Source: a virus
Lineage: Duplodnaviria; Caudoviricetes
DNA length: 64,000 bases
Reading direction: 5' to 3' (one strand)
Virus record (IMG/VR): IMGVR_UViG_3300021255_000123
Coordinates: 1-64,000 of that record
Below, in pieces: positions 1-8,649 of the stretch. Every line of letters begins with the position of its first letter. Within the stretch, counting starts at the first letter, position 1. The notes beneath the pieces are model-generated. The model was not told the origin of the DNA. It made no database searches and worked only from the letters and a program-made list of their open reading frames with translations. Position numbers and translations under genes: made by a program.

Positions 1-223
1 ATTGCATAAGTATTCGCATTCCATTCCTTGTATGGGAATCAAACGATATTCCACTTTCTCCCGAATCAGCCATCTTATTAAGATACCAATCGATAAGCAT
101 AAGTATCTCGTTATCGGTAATTTCTCTTCTGTCAGACGACATTAATTTAGGGTTTCGCTTATTAATCTTTGCGATATATGCACTGAAACAAGCAGGGCAT
201 ATTTGATAATCTTGTGCGCTCAT
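1..223 (-). CDS. Hypothetical protein, runs off window edge (MSAQDYQICPACFSAYIAK...)
   Basis: Open frame from ATG at 223, overlapping the TGA of the upstream ORF (ATGA). Confidence 0.6.
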   Translation of the reverse strand, partial: MSAQDYQICPACFSAYIAKINKRNPKLMSSDRREITDNEILMLIDWYLNKMADSGESGISFDSHTRNGMRILMQ

Positions 224-384
224 TGTTCGTCCTCCTTGATTTCGTCAACTAATGTTGCTGAGACGTTATCAGTATGATAGCCATCATACGAATCGAAGCA
301 GTCTTCAATAACTTTTTCGATAAATCCCCCTGTTTCATCATTGTCGTCAGTTTCAACAAATAATTGTACACTAAAAGTTTTCAT
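220..384 (-). CDS. Small acidic hypothetical protein (54 aa, MKTFSVQLFVETDD...)
   Basis: Hand-translated; ATGA coupling at both ends. Confidence 0.6.
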   Translation of the reverse strand: MKTFSVQLFVETDDNDETGGFIEKVIEDCFDSYDGYHTDNVSATLVDEIKEDEQ

Positions 385-752
385 TGTTCGTCCTCATTGA
401 TAATTAGAATTTTGTCGCCAATCTTTAAATCTTGATATTTTTCGTGGATGATTGGTTTAAGATTGTAGAGTGTATCACGGTTGATTTTCACCTCAATGGC
501 AGATTTCATCATCTGCTCTTTCTGCCATAGTGCCATTTCGATTGCCGCGTCACGTATGGCATTGTAAGGCAATCCGTATGCCTTCCATTTTATTGCTATC
601 TCATCTGCTTTACGGACTAAATCAGCATTTAAATGAGCAAGGGTGGAGTTGTTGATGTTGATTGCATCTTGGACTCGTTCACAGGCATTGCTAATTTGCG
701 TTCTTTGTTCTTGAGAAAATGCCATATTTGTCGATGTCTTTTTGTCCGTCAT
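381..752 (-). CDS. Hypothetical protein
   Basis: 123-aa ORF in operon orientation, ATGA-coupled to next ORF. Confidence 0.65.
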   Translation of the reverse strand: MTDKKTSTNMAFSQEQRTQISNACERVQDAININNSTLAHLNADLVRKADEIAIKWKAYGLPYNAIRDAAIEMALWQKEQMMKSAIEVKINRDTLYNLKPIIHEKYQDLKIGDKILIINEDEQ

Positions 753-764
753 TGTTTCTTGGTT

Positions 765-998
765 TTAATCGGTTATCATTTCGTTTTCTTGCATAAAAAG
801 CATCCAGTAATATTCATTTTCTGCTTGACTGTATGCTTCTTCATAGGCTCGCATTTCGGCTTCGTATTCTGCTTGCTGTTGAGCTTCCCAATAAGCCCTT
901 TCCATGTCTTCTTCCGCTTGTTGGCGGTCAAATATGGCAATTTCTTCTGGGTCTGTGAGTATGCCGAACACGGGGTGTATTCTGTAGTCTTTGCTCAT
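765..998 (-). CDS. Acidic helical hypothetical protein
   Basis: 77-aa ORF, E/A/Q/Y-rich. Confidence 0.6.
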   Translation of the reverse strand: MSKDYRIHPVFGILTDPEEIAIFDRQQAEEDMERAYWEAQQQAEYEAEMRAYEEAYSQAENEYYWMLFMQENEMITD

Positions 999-1104
999 AG
1001 CACAATCTCCTTATCATTGATTCCGCACAGGCGCAGGGCGTGTTGAGTTTCCACCCAATCCCCAATCATGATGTCTTTTGTGGTTAGTTTCTTTGTTTCC
1101 ATAG

Positions 1105-1362
1105 TCATTTTTCCGTTACGACCACGATGTCTGGGTGGTCTTGATTAAAACTGATTTGTCTTGTTATTCCGTCCTTGATGCACTCAACATCATAGGTTGC
1201 AGTGTATTCGCTGTGGTACCACTCTCCATTTCCTTTTGAACCCTGCTTTGTTAAATTCCACGAAGATTTAATGCTTTTGCATTCTCCATAGACTTGGTTG
1301 GTTTCTCCAACGCGAAATTTCATGTCTGGCCATTGACCAATTAATAGTTCTTTGATTTCCAT
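1105..1362 (-). CDS. Hypothetical protein
   Basis: 85-aa ORF in operon orientation. Confidence 0.6.
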   Translation of the reverse strand: MEIKELLIGQWPDMKFRVGETNQVYGECKSIKSSWNLTKQGSKGNGEWYHSEYTATYDVECIKDGITRQISFNQDHPDIVVVTEK

Positions 1363-1549
1363 CGGGCTTACTATTTAATCGTTTTCGGTTTTATTCCGAG
1401 AAGTTGTAATTCTTCTGCACTGAAAAGTCTTGGGAGGTCGCCGTTCATCATATAGTGCCACCTTTGCCACCATCTGAACTTATTCTGTACCGTGTATCTT
1501 ATGACACCACCGCCAAGGTATAGTGCAGTGATTTTTCTTCTTATTTTCA

Positions 1550-2218
1550 TTACTTTACAAGTTTAAATTCGTACACGACCACCCACGGGTTGGACTCCCA
1601 CAGACCTTTGCGACCGACACCGGGTCGGTTTATGAGGGCGGCAAAGGCGGCACGTGGAGTTGGATAATACCAGTTATGGTCACAATGTTTATCTCTAAAA
1701 CCAAAACGATTATAACCAACATTCGAATCAAAGACGCCTTCTTTCAAGCAGTCATCGTATGAAATCGCTTTGAGCCTTTCGATGCGGACACCCGTGATTT
1801 GAATTTGGTGGGGCATGAGGTCGGGACGGACGAACATTTTATTATCCCATCCACCGCTTCTCATAAGATGAGAGTATGGATGTGATGATTCGCAGATTGT
1901 TCCTTGGTCAAGCATAACATCTTCGTATGAGTCCGGATTGTATTCTCCAATGTCTTTGTATGCTTGTGCCACGGCCACAACTTCACCAAGTTTGTAGCGG
2001 GTTTGGAATGATAAGAGAGCATGTTCGCAATGGACTCTAAGGAAATTCCCCTCTTTTACCCACTCTTGATATTTTATAACAGGCTCTTCACTATACTTTT
2101 TTTTGTAATCTTCAACAGTACGTTCAAGTGCCTTTTCGAGCCTCCGTGTCATTGTTTTGGTGCCGTTAAGTACGGTTTGTGTTAGACCATAGCGGTCACA
2201 GAATCCTATTTTTTGCAT
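1550..2218 (-). CDS. ASCH/PUA-like phage protein (paralog 1)
   Basis: N-terminal ...GTKTMTRR and WDNKMFVRPDLMPHQIQITGVRIERL, C-terminal WESNPWVVVYEF; start placed at MQKIGF by alignment with paralog at 7186-7785. Confidence 0.65.
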   Translation of the reverse strand: MQKIGFCDRYGLTQTVLNGTKTMTRRLEKALERTVEDYKKKYSEEPVIKYQEWVKEGNFLRVHCEHALLSFQTRYKLGEVVAVAQAYKDIGEYNPDSYEDVMLDQGTICESSHPYSHLMRSGGWDNKMFVRPDLMPHQIQITGVRIERLKAISYDDCLKEGVFDSNVGYNRFGFRDKHCDHNWYYPTPRAAFAALINRPGVGRKGLWESNPWVVVYEFKLVK

Positions 2219-2435
2219 GGCTATTCTCCTTTCTGTTATAAGTTTTACATAATGGATTTGGGCATAAGTCCTCCATCTTCTCTCCATACAGAAGACACAC
2301 AGAACATATCGCTATGTCCCGTAGATGTTTTCCTTCCAGAGAGTGCGGATTTGTTTCTGCCATCGTCTTATCCAGCCATGCTATGTCTTCTCTAACGAGC
2401 TTTTTATGGGCTGATTTACACATTTGCTGTCCCAT
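2196..2435 (-). CDS. Hypothetical protein with Cys pairs
   Basis: 79-aa ORF with CSVC and CPNPLC. Confidence 0.45.
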   Translation of the reverse strand: MGQQMCKSAHKKLVREDIAWLDKTMAETNPHSLEGKHLRDIAICSVCLLYGEKMEDLCPNPLCKTYNRKENSHAKNRIL

Positions 2436-2437
2436 AA

Positions 2438-2665
2438 TCAGATATTTTTGGTTTCACAATACAAACAATGGTTGTCATCCATGCACTCCAGAGGAAGGAT
2501 GCAGGATATGATTGCGGGCCTCGCAGGGTCGCAGTACGCTTGGTAGCGGTAGCACGAATTTCTTAACGAGCATTCGCATATCTCGGTTCCGCCGAAAGGC
2601 ATAAGTCTGACGTCGGAACCCGGACAATGCGAAATATCGTGCTTGAATGGTGAAATGTTGCTCAT
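2438..2665 (-). CDS. Cys-rich hypothetical protein
   Basis: DISHC...C.LRNSCYRY pattern of small phage zinc-binding proteins. Confidence 0.6.
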   Translation of the reverse strand: MSNISPFKHDISHCPGSDVRLMPFGGTEICECSLRNSCYRYQAYCDPARPAIISCILPLECMDDNHCLYCETKNI

Positions 2666-2994
2666 AGGTCAAGTTTTTGTTGGTTAATTGGGTCTTTCTT
2701 TTTGTATTTCTTCCGCTCAGTCTTCATATAGGGACATAGCGTCCCATGGAGAATGAAATTGTCGCACACGTCTATCGTTTCCTGTTTGATAGGCTGAAAA
2801 CAGAACATCCGTGTCATAATGTCTCGCAGGATGGAGCATCGGTTGGGCATATTGTGCTCATCTGCGTTGGTGTACCTTTCTCGCTTCTCGTCATAGTTGC
2901 TATTCTTGATACACCTGTCGCAGTTGTAATGCTCCCATATCCCGTACTCTTCTCCGTTACTGAACGGGTCTCGGTTTACTTTCTTTAATTTCAT
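2662..2994 (-). CDS. Cys-rich hypothetical protein
   Basis: PFSNGEEY...NCDRC; ATGA overlap with next ORF. Confidence 0.65.
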   Translation of the reverse strand: MKLKKVNRDPFSNGEEYGIWEHYNCDRCIKNSNYDEKRERYTNADEHNMPNRCSILRDIMTRMFCFQPIKQETIDVCDNFILHGTLCPYMKTERKKYKKKDPINQQKLDL

Positions 2995-3005
2995 ATTGTG
3001 TCAGG

Positions 3006-5141
3006 TTAGAATGGTGGTTCTGTGTCATGTTGGAACTGCGCCTCGTATGGGTCAACCGGGCCTTGGTTGTCGAAGTTGGTATTCGGCTGCATCACCGCCG
3101 GCGGTGCATCCGGGAGTTTGTGATACTCCTCGATACCTTCTTCCCAATCGTAGTGCATATTCTCGGCACGGCTGTTCTTGAAGCGTTTTGTCTCAGGTTC
3201 GTAGTATAGGCCAACGATGAAATTCTCGACACCATAGTCTCGGTTCTTGGCCACCTCGATGATGTTGTTGTAGCCCTCGAAGATAATCCTTGATGTCTTG
3301 TCTTTACCCCAGAACTCCGTGGCCCTCTTCTCAAAGTCATCGTTGATTCTGTGCAGCAGCAGGAGGTTCCAGCAGATGTTTGTCAGGTCCGATGTGCCGC
3401 TGATACTCTCTTTACGGAGTAACTGGAAATTTGCCTCCTTACGGGGGTGTGCGATAATCAGAATATGCACATGGTATTTCTTGGCAATCTCATCGAGCTT
3501 TAACATCAAAGCCTTTTGCTTTTCGTTCATGGTGCCGGCGAGGTAGTCAAGAGACAGGGCCATCAGGTTATCTAGTACGATGAATTTGAGCTTGTACTTG
3601 ACGATAGCCTCTTCGACATCTGCAAGTATCTGTTCGCAGTTGTTTCCGTAGTTGTTGTTGTAGATGATGAGCCTCTCGTCGAGCCAGTTCTCAATCTTCG
3701 GGATAACGCTGTCTATGGCTTCGTAGGCGTTGTCCCGGCCCTCAACCTTGACAACGTTGTTCTTGCCGGCAGCGGTCTGGCAGAGCCATGCCTTGATACG
3801 CTTGGCAGGAAGCTCACCGCTCCAGAGTGCCGACGGGATGTCTCGCTGGACGGCATTGAGGAGAAGCTGGTTCAGGATTGCCGTCTTACCGCTGGCGTTG
3901 ATGCCGGAGAGGACGGTTGTCTGTTCCTCGAACAGGCCGCCTATGGCTTTGTCAAGAGCGTAGATGCCGGTCTTTATGGAGAAGCGGTCGCTATCCCTGA
4001 CAATCTTGATGTCGCGGGCCGTTAGCCATTTCTTACCAAGCTCATCGGTCTCGGCCTTAATCTCCACCGGCTCTGGAGTCGGGCGGTACTTTTCGTAGTA
4101 CCTCTGCTTGTACTTGAACTCGTTGTAATCCTTTTTATCGTAGGCATCAGGTTCATATTTGAGCCTCAGGTCTCGCCAATGATATTGTTCACAGGAGTTA
4201 TGGAAGCAGAAGAACTCAACGGCGCCATTGTCGTACTGGAACACCATGCTGTCAGGGTCAGAGTGCTCCGAACCACCAAACGGACATTCTTTGAGAATGT
4301 ACCGGGTGCCGGATGACGTTCTTGTCTTGCGATATTCAAGGCCATGTTTTGAGAGGAACGCTTCAACATCTATCTGGCCTTGGCCGTAATTGTTTTCTCG
4401 TGTAGGCTGCGGTTTCTCTTCTTTGTAGAGATTGGCTATCTTCTCGATGTAGTCTCTTTTGTTTGGGACGATTTCTTCCGGGACCTTTATGAGCTTTGCC
4501 ATTCTCCACGGCCTCTCTTCCGTGTTGGCACCCTTCTTGGCCCATGTGCCGTACAACTTGCAGATGCGGGCAGCATTGTAAACTTTCAGGTCAATGTCGA
4601 TGTCTTCCGTCTGGAACATCATTGATATGGCTTTCAGGAACCGTGCCACCAGAGTTTGATTTTCATCAGAGTTTGCAAGTTGTACCCTGACGAGAAGATG
4701 GTAGCCATTGCCGGACATTGCTACGACAGGAGGATTGATACCTTGGTCAACGAGGAAGTCGTATGTTCTGCGGGCCACGTCCCTTGCTTTCAACAGCTCT
4801 TCTTTTGAGCTACTGGTGCCAGTTTTTCTCTTCGGGTCGAAGTCGATAAGAATCCATTTCCTACCGACAATATCCGCATCCGATGTTGTCGGCTTAACAT
4901 AGTTGACGATTTTATCTTTCTGAGCACGTTTGTAGCAATCGTCATCAATTTTGTTAAGCACGAAATAGATTTGGGCATTCTCTTGTGCATCGTATTTCTG
5001 AATGGCATTGATGATGCTGTCGATGTCCCGGAAATATCCGCTGGCATTGAACGAGCCGATACCATGAATACGAATCTCGTGCAGGTCTCCTTCATCGTGA
5101 AATATTTTCCACCACTGATATAATTGTTCTCTATCAATCAT
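3006..5141 (-). CDS. Primase-helicase fusion (AEP/PrimPol-like N-terminus, zinc finger, DnaB/Twinkle-like SF4 helicase)
   Basis: LIDFDP and SGNGYH primase motifs; CPFG...CFHNSC zinc finger; Walker A SGINASGKT; Walker B IVLDNLM; IAHPRK. Confidence 0.85.
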   Translation of the reverse strand: MIDREQLYQWWKIFHDEGDLHEIRIHGIGSFNASGYFRDIDSIINAIQKYDAQENAQIYFVLNKIDDDCYKRAQKDKIVNYVKPTTSDADIVGRKWILIDFDPKRKTGTSSSKEELLKARDVARRTYDFLVDQGINPPVVAMSGNGYHLLVRVQLANSDENQTLVARFLKAISMMFQTEDIDIDLKVYNAARICKLYGTWAKKGANTEERPWRMAKLIKVPEEIVPNKRDYIEKIANLYKEEKPQPTRENNYGQGQIDVEAFLSKHGLEYRKTRTSSGTRYILKECPFGGSEHSDPDSMVFQYDNGAVEFFCFHNSCEQYHWRDLRLKYEPDAYDKKDYNEFKYKQRYYEKYRPTPEPVEIKAETDELGKKWLTARDIKIVRDSDRFSIKTGIYALDKAIGGLFEEQTTVLSGINASGKTAILNQLLLNAVQRDIPSALWSGELPAKRIKAWLCQTAAGKNNVVKVEGRDNAYEAIDSVIPKIENWLDERLIIYNNNYGNNCEQILADVEEAIVKYKLKFIVLDNLMALSLDYLAGTMNEKQKALMLKLDEIAKKYHVHILIIAHPRKEANFQLLRKESISGTSDLTNICWNLLLLHRINDDFEKRATEFWGKDKTSRIIFEGYNNIIEVAKNRDYGVENFIVGLYYEPETKRFKNSRAENMHYDWEEGIEEYHKLPDAPPAVMQPNTNFDNQGPVDPYEAQFQHDTEPPF

Positions 5142-5147
5142 AATCGG

Positions 5148-5984
5148 TTACTCCCATTCTGTTTTTTGGTTAGTGTTGGCATCAAATAGGGAGGCTTGTC
5201 CGACTGGAGAAATGTTGTAGTCGGACAGCCTGATGTTAGAAAAGTAGCTTTCCTTGCAACCGTACCAGCCGTTAGTTACACAAACCCTGATGGCATCGTT
5301 ATGGGAAATGCCGTAGGTCTGCAATATTTTGTTCAGGGCGGTTTCAAGTTGCTTGAAGGCTGTCGAGCTATCGGATGCTTTCTTGGCGGCTCGAATATTC
5401 ATCCAGTCAATCGCAACCTGTTTCTCAACACCAAGAGAAATCAGTCCGGACAAGAAGTCGTTTTTCGTTTTCTTTGAAGGTACGATAGTACCTTTTTCTT
5501 TTTTCTTTTTATTATCTCCTTGTATAGGTTGTTGGTATTGTTTATCCGCTTGCGGAATATCCATTTGGTCAGATTCGGAAAATGGAGTTTCTTCTTGCGG
5601 AATATCGGCACAGAGTGTATATCCTAACGATGATAAAAAGTTAAAGAAATCGTCTGTAAAAGAGTACCATACCGTCCTATCAAACGAACTTTTGTTGAAG
5701 TTGCCTTTTAATAAAAGTTGTTCATGCTTTGGTTCAATTTCTTTTTTGTCAGAACCTCCATAAAGGTCTATTAAAATTCGTTTGACTTTGCTTTCGCTCC
5801 AGAAAGGAAAATATTTCGCAAAAGCAGACAGGGAGTTAAAAGTCCAATATCTCCCATTGTGATAATTTTTCCCATTTACGGCATTGTGCTTTATCCATCC
5901 GTAAATCTTATGGATTACAATAGCCTCTTCTAGGCTGTATTTTTCTGCAATTCTGGCGTCAAATAATATACAGTTGTCAATCAT
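5148..5984 (-). CDS. Phage replication initiator / replisome organizer (N-terminal wHTH)
   Basis: GRYWTFNS...FPFWSESKVKR and FDRTVWY motifs typical of phage replication proteins; adjacent to helicase. Confidence 0.7.
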   Translation of the reverse strand: MIDNCILFDARIAEKYSLEEAIVIHKIYGWIKHNAVNGKNYHNGRYWTFNSLSAFAKYFPFWSESKVKRILIDLYGGSDKKEIEPKHEQLLLKGNFNKSSFDRTVWYSFTDDFFNFLSSLGYTLCADIPQEETPFSESDQMDIPQADKQYQQPIQGDNKKKKEKGTIVPSKKTKNDFLSGLISLGVEKQVAIDWMNIRAAKKASDSSTAFKQLETALNKILQTYGISHNDAIRVCVTNGWYGCKESYFSNIRLSDYNISPVGQASLFDANTNQKTEWE

Positions 5985-5996
5985 AATGGATGGATT

Positions 5997-6581
5997 TTAT
6001 CGTCTTGTCAGTATGCTTTTGAGGGTCCTAATGCCCGGCTCATGTAGTGCCGAAATTAAGTCTTTAGGGAAATTTGAATTTGTTTTGACCCAATCGTGGG
6101 TAATATATTCAAATTCTATTCCATCAAATTTGTATGAGTATTTATAAATATCAACAAACTCTTCCATTTCGTTGTACAAATAAACGAAAGAGGTATCTGA
6201 TGAGTCATCTACACTTGAACCTATCAGCGTTATGTGAACATTTATGTTGTCAATGTTTTTAGAACACATTTTGGCGAGAATCCTGACGGCTTTTGCGTAT
6301 CTGCATGACTGGTTTAATGCAGACTGTTTTATTTCTCCTCGTTTAAGTTCTATTATTTCGACATTTAATTCTCTGAAAGTATTTTTGGTGCCGGGTATAG
6401 GTGATGTTTCAATATGTACGTTGATTAAATCTGCAATGCCATATCCTCCAAGATTAACTTGTCTGTATAATTTCCCTTCAATAGGAAATTCCAGACCTCT
6501 TTCGCGAAGCGCAATTCTTCCATCTTTTGTTTGTGCAGCCTCAAAGATAATGTCTTCGAGATTTTTTTCTAAAAAGTCCAT
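5997..6581 (-). CDS. PD-(D/E)xK nuclease, NucS/RecB-like
   Basis: EKNLEDII...GIADL...IIELKRG...QSCRY; alternative upstream start at 6629. Confidence 0.65.
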   Translation of the reverse strand: MDFLEKNLEDIIFEAAQTKDGRIALRERGLEFPIEGKLYRQVNLGGYGIADLINVHIETSPIPGTKNTFRELNVEIIELKRGEIKQSALNQSCRYAKAVRILAKMCSKNIDNINVHITLIGSSVDDSSDTSFVYLYNEMEEFVDIYKYSYKFDGIEFEYITHDWVKTNSNFPKDLISALHEPGIRTLKSILTRR

Positions 6582-6754
6582 TCTGACTCCTTTCAAAAGA
6601 ATATCGCCCATCATACTCTCGGCTTCCACTCCGATTTCTGATAGGCGATAATTCCTATACTTCTCGTTGATAACTAACGGCTAAAGTGGAAGACACCGCA
6701 GTTAAATTTACTTTCATTATGCCTACATAACGCATGATTTCATGGTTTATTGTG

Positions 6755-6961
6755 TCAGGATGAAAAATTTCCTACTTTTTCTCCAATCACCACCCTGACA
6801 TAACCAAGCTCCATGTTCTCACAATGGTCGTAGGTCTTGATGTCTTTCAGGCCCAACGCGAGGGCTTCGAGGTATGCCATATAGTGAACACAATCGTCTT
6901 TTGTTTCGCAATTTTGGCCGGTGCAGTGGCCGTATTTGTGGTTGAATCGTTCTGATGCCAT
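6755..6961 (-). CDS. Small Cys-containing hypothetical protein
   Basis: HCTGQNCETKDDCVHY; preceded by a promoter at 6991. Confidence 0.55.
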   Translation of the reverse strand: MASERFNHKYGHCTGQNCETKDDCVHYMAYLEALALGLKDIKTYDHCENMELGYVRVVIGEKVGNFSS

Positions 6962-6990
6962 AGCTGTATAATTTTGAGTGAAACGAGTTG

Positions 6991-6998
6991 CAAAAATA
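6991..6998 (-). promoter_or_regulatory. Bacteroidota sigma70 -7 element
   Basis: TATTTTTG on minus strand matches TAnnTTTG. Confidence 0.55.
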
Positions 6999-7006
6999 CG
7001 AATAAA

Positions 7007-7222
7007 TCAGGACTTATCAGATTTTTTTTGATGCAGTCTGTCGTACCTCTTCATACGGCGGCAGTTACCGTTGCACCCGGCTGTGATATGGCAGTTACCG
7101 GACCACCCTGAGCGGGCATAGCAGGTGCCTTCCACACCGTAATGCTTGCACTTTGTCTTGTATAATTCTCTATCGTTGTCTGGCATTATCGTATCAGTTT
7201 GAATGAGTAGCAGAACATCCAT
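7007..7222 (-). CDS. Small Cys-rich hypothetical protein
   Basis: CKHY...C...CHITAGCNGNCRRM; true start may be internal (MPDND). Confidence 0.55.
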   Translation of the reverse strand: MDVLLLIQTDTIMPDNDRELYKTKCKHYGVEGTCYARSGWSGNCHITAGCNGNCRRMKRYDRLHQKKSDKS

Positions 7223-7785
7223 TCGTTAGCCTCCCAAGTACCTTTGCCGGATATTACGTTGATAAGGTTTGCAAAGCATTTCTTAGGGTCATTCCAGAAA
7301 TAAGGTTCGGGTTTTCCGTTTTTTCCGGGTAGCCATTCTGACAATTTGTCGCTTGATTTTTTCCATCCGGGAAGGTTGTGGTCGGCAGAAATCCAATACC
7401 CGTGTCCTATATCACCTTGGATGCCTTCTTTAAGGCAATCTTCTGGAGAAATATCTTGGAGTCGTTCTACCTTAATGTCGGTGATTTGTATTTGGTGAGG
7501 CATGAGGTCGGGACGGACGAACATTTTATTGGACCAGCCTTTTGTATCCTCAGGCCCGCGATAGATGTCGAACAATCCTGTGTCTTTATACGCTTGTGCC
7601 ACGGCCACGGTCTCGCCAAGTTTGTAGCGGGCCAAATTGAGAGCAACCTCTTTGTTTCCGTTCAAATATGCCTGTACGTCCCACTCGGTCATTCGCTCAC
7701 CAACAGGCCGACGTGTCATTTCTTTCCATCCTTTCATTACAGCATAGTGCATAAAGTATTGAGTATTAAACATTATCTTTTGCAT
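7186..7785 (-). CDS. ASCH/PUA-like phage protein (paralog 2)
   Basis: MTRR, WSNKMFVRPDLMPHQIQITDIKVERLQDIS, WEANEWMFCYSF. Confidence 0.65.
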   Translation of the reverse strand: MQKIMFNTQYFMHYAVMKGWKEMTRRPVGERMTEWDVQAYLNGNKEVALNLARYKLGETVAVAQAYKDTGLFDIYRGPEDTKGWSNKMFVRPDLMPHQIQITDIKVERLQDISPEDCLKEGIQGDIGHGYWISADHNLPGWKKSSDKLSEWLPGKNGKPEPYFWNDPKKCFANLINVISGKGTWEANEWMFCYSFKLIR

Positions 7786-7797
7786 AACTATATGTGT

Positions 7798-8400
7798 TTA
7801 ATTAACAATATCGTGAATTGGTAAACCTGACGGTTCTGGGTTTATCAGAGTTTTTGGTTCTCTTATATCACTCCATCCATCATTATCCTCCTTCGGCGGG
7901 CCAAACCTGTTGGCATTTTCAGTATCTCCAATGGCTATGAAATAGCGGTATGCAAGCTCAGGAGTTGCCGGCACATCCCACTTACTGAATATTTGCGGAG
8001 AAATACCGGCAATCTCTGTGTTTCGTCTGGCCCAATCTCGAATCTTATCCATATCGTCTGCGGACAGGTAATGGGGACATCCTTGGCTGGCGCATGGCAT
8101 CCTCATCCAGCCTTCACAGGCGACAACCTCGGCAAGCTCTCCTTTGAGCTTGGCGAACAGCTTGCCGTAGTATCGGCACTCTCGAACATGCAGGTCGCAC
8201 TCATATTTGCCATACTCGTAGTCAATCCTGAAATGCTGTTTCTCGTTTGGATAGTTGAGCCAGAAACAATCGTCGCACATTGGCCTGATGTCTGGATTCT
8301 TTGTGCAGTGTTTTTCGTGCATGGCCATCGCTCCTTTATTGAGGGAGATTTTGTTGCAATGTTCGCAGCGGAAAACGATGATGTCTTTTAATTCTTTCAC
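7798..8400 (-). CDS. Zinc-finger-containing hypothetical protein
   Basis: CEHC...HEKHC (C2HC-type) followed by CDDC and further Cys. Confidence 0.65.
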   Translation of the reverse strand: MKELKDIIVFRCEHCNKISLNKGAMAMHEKHCTKNPDIRPMCDDCFWLNYPNEKQHFRIDYEYGKYECDLHVRECRYYGKLFAKLKGELAEVVACEGWMRMPCASQGCPHYLSADDMDKIRDWARRNTEIAGISPQIFSKWDVPATPELAYRYFIAIGDTENANRFGPPKEDNDGWSDIREPKTLINPEPSGLPIHDIVN

Positions 8401-8403
8401 GGT

Positions 8404-8649
8404 CTAACATTTTGTCATTCCAACAAATTCATATTTTGGGTACGGGTTGTCGCCGGCGAATTGGAAGCCATAGCACCGGTCTTCCCAATCAGAAGCCACC
8501 TGTATGCCGAACAGCCCGGAGCCACCGGTCTCTTTATAGTCCTGATTGAGAATTTTGATGATTTCGTCCATCTTCGTGAACGTATCAGGGAACAGCGTTT
8601 TGTATTGTTCAAAACACTGGTCAAACTCTTTGTAGTTAAGTATTTTCAT
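8404..8649 (-). CDS. Hypothetical protein
   Basis: 81-aa ORF, ATGA-coupled to upstream ORF. Confidence 0.6.
   Translation of the reverse strand: MKILNYKEFDQCFEQYKTLFPDTFTKMDEIIKILNQDYKETGGSGLFGIQVASDWEDRCYGFQFAGDNPYPKYEFVGMTKC

Noticed and set aside
3650-3665. AAC-rich run as a possible DGR template repeat
   Set aside because: It is just the YNNNY codons of the helicase and has no similarity to the CLec variable region.
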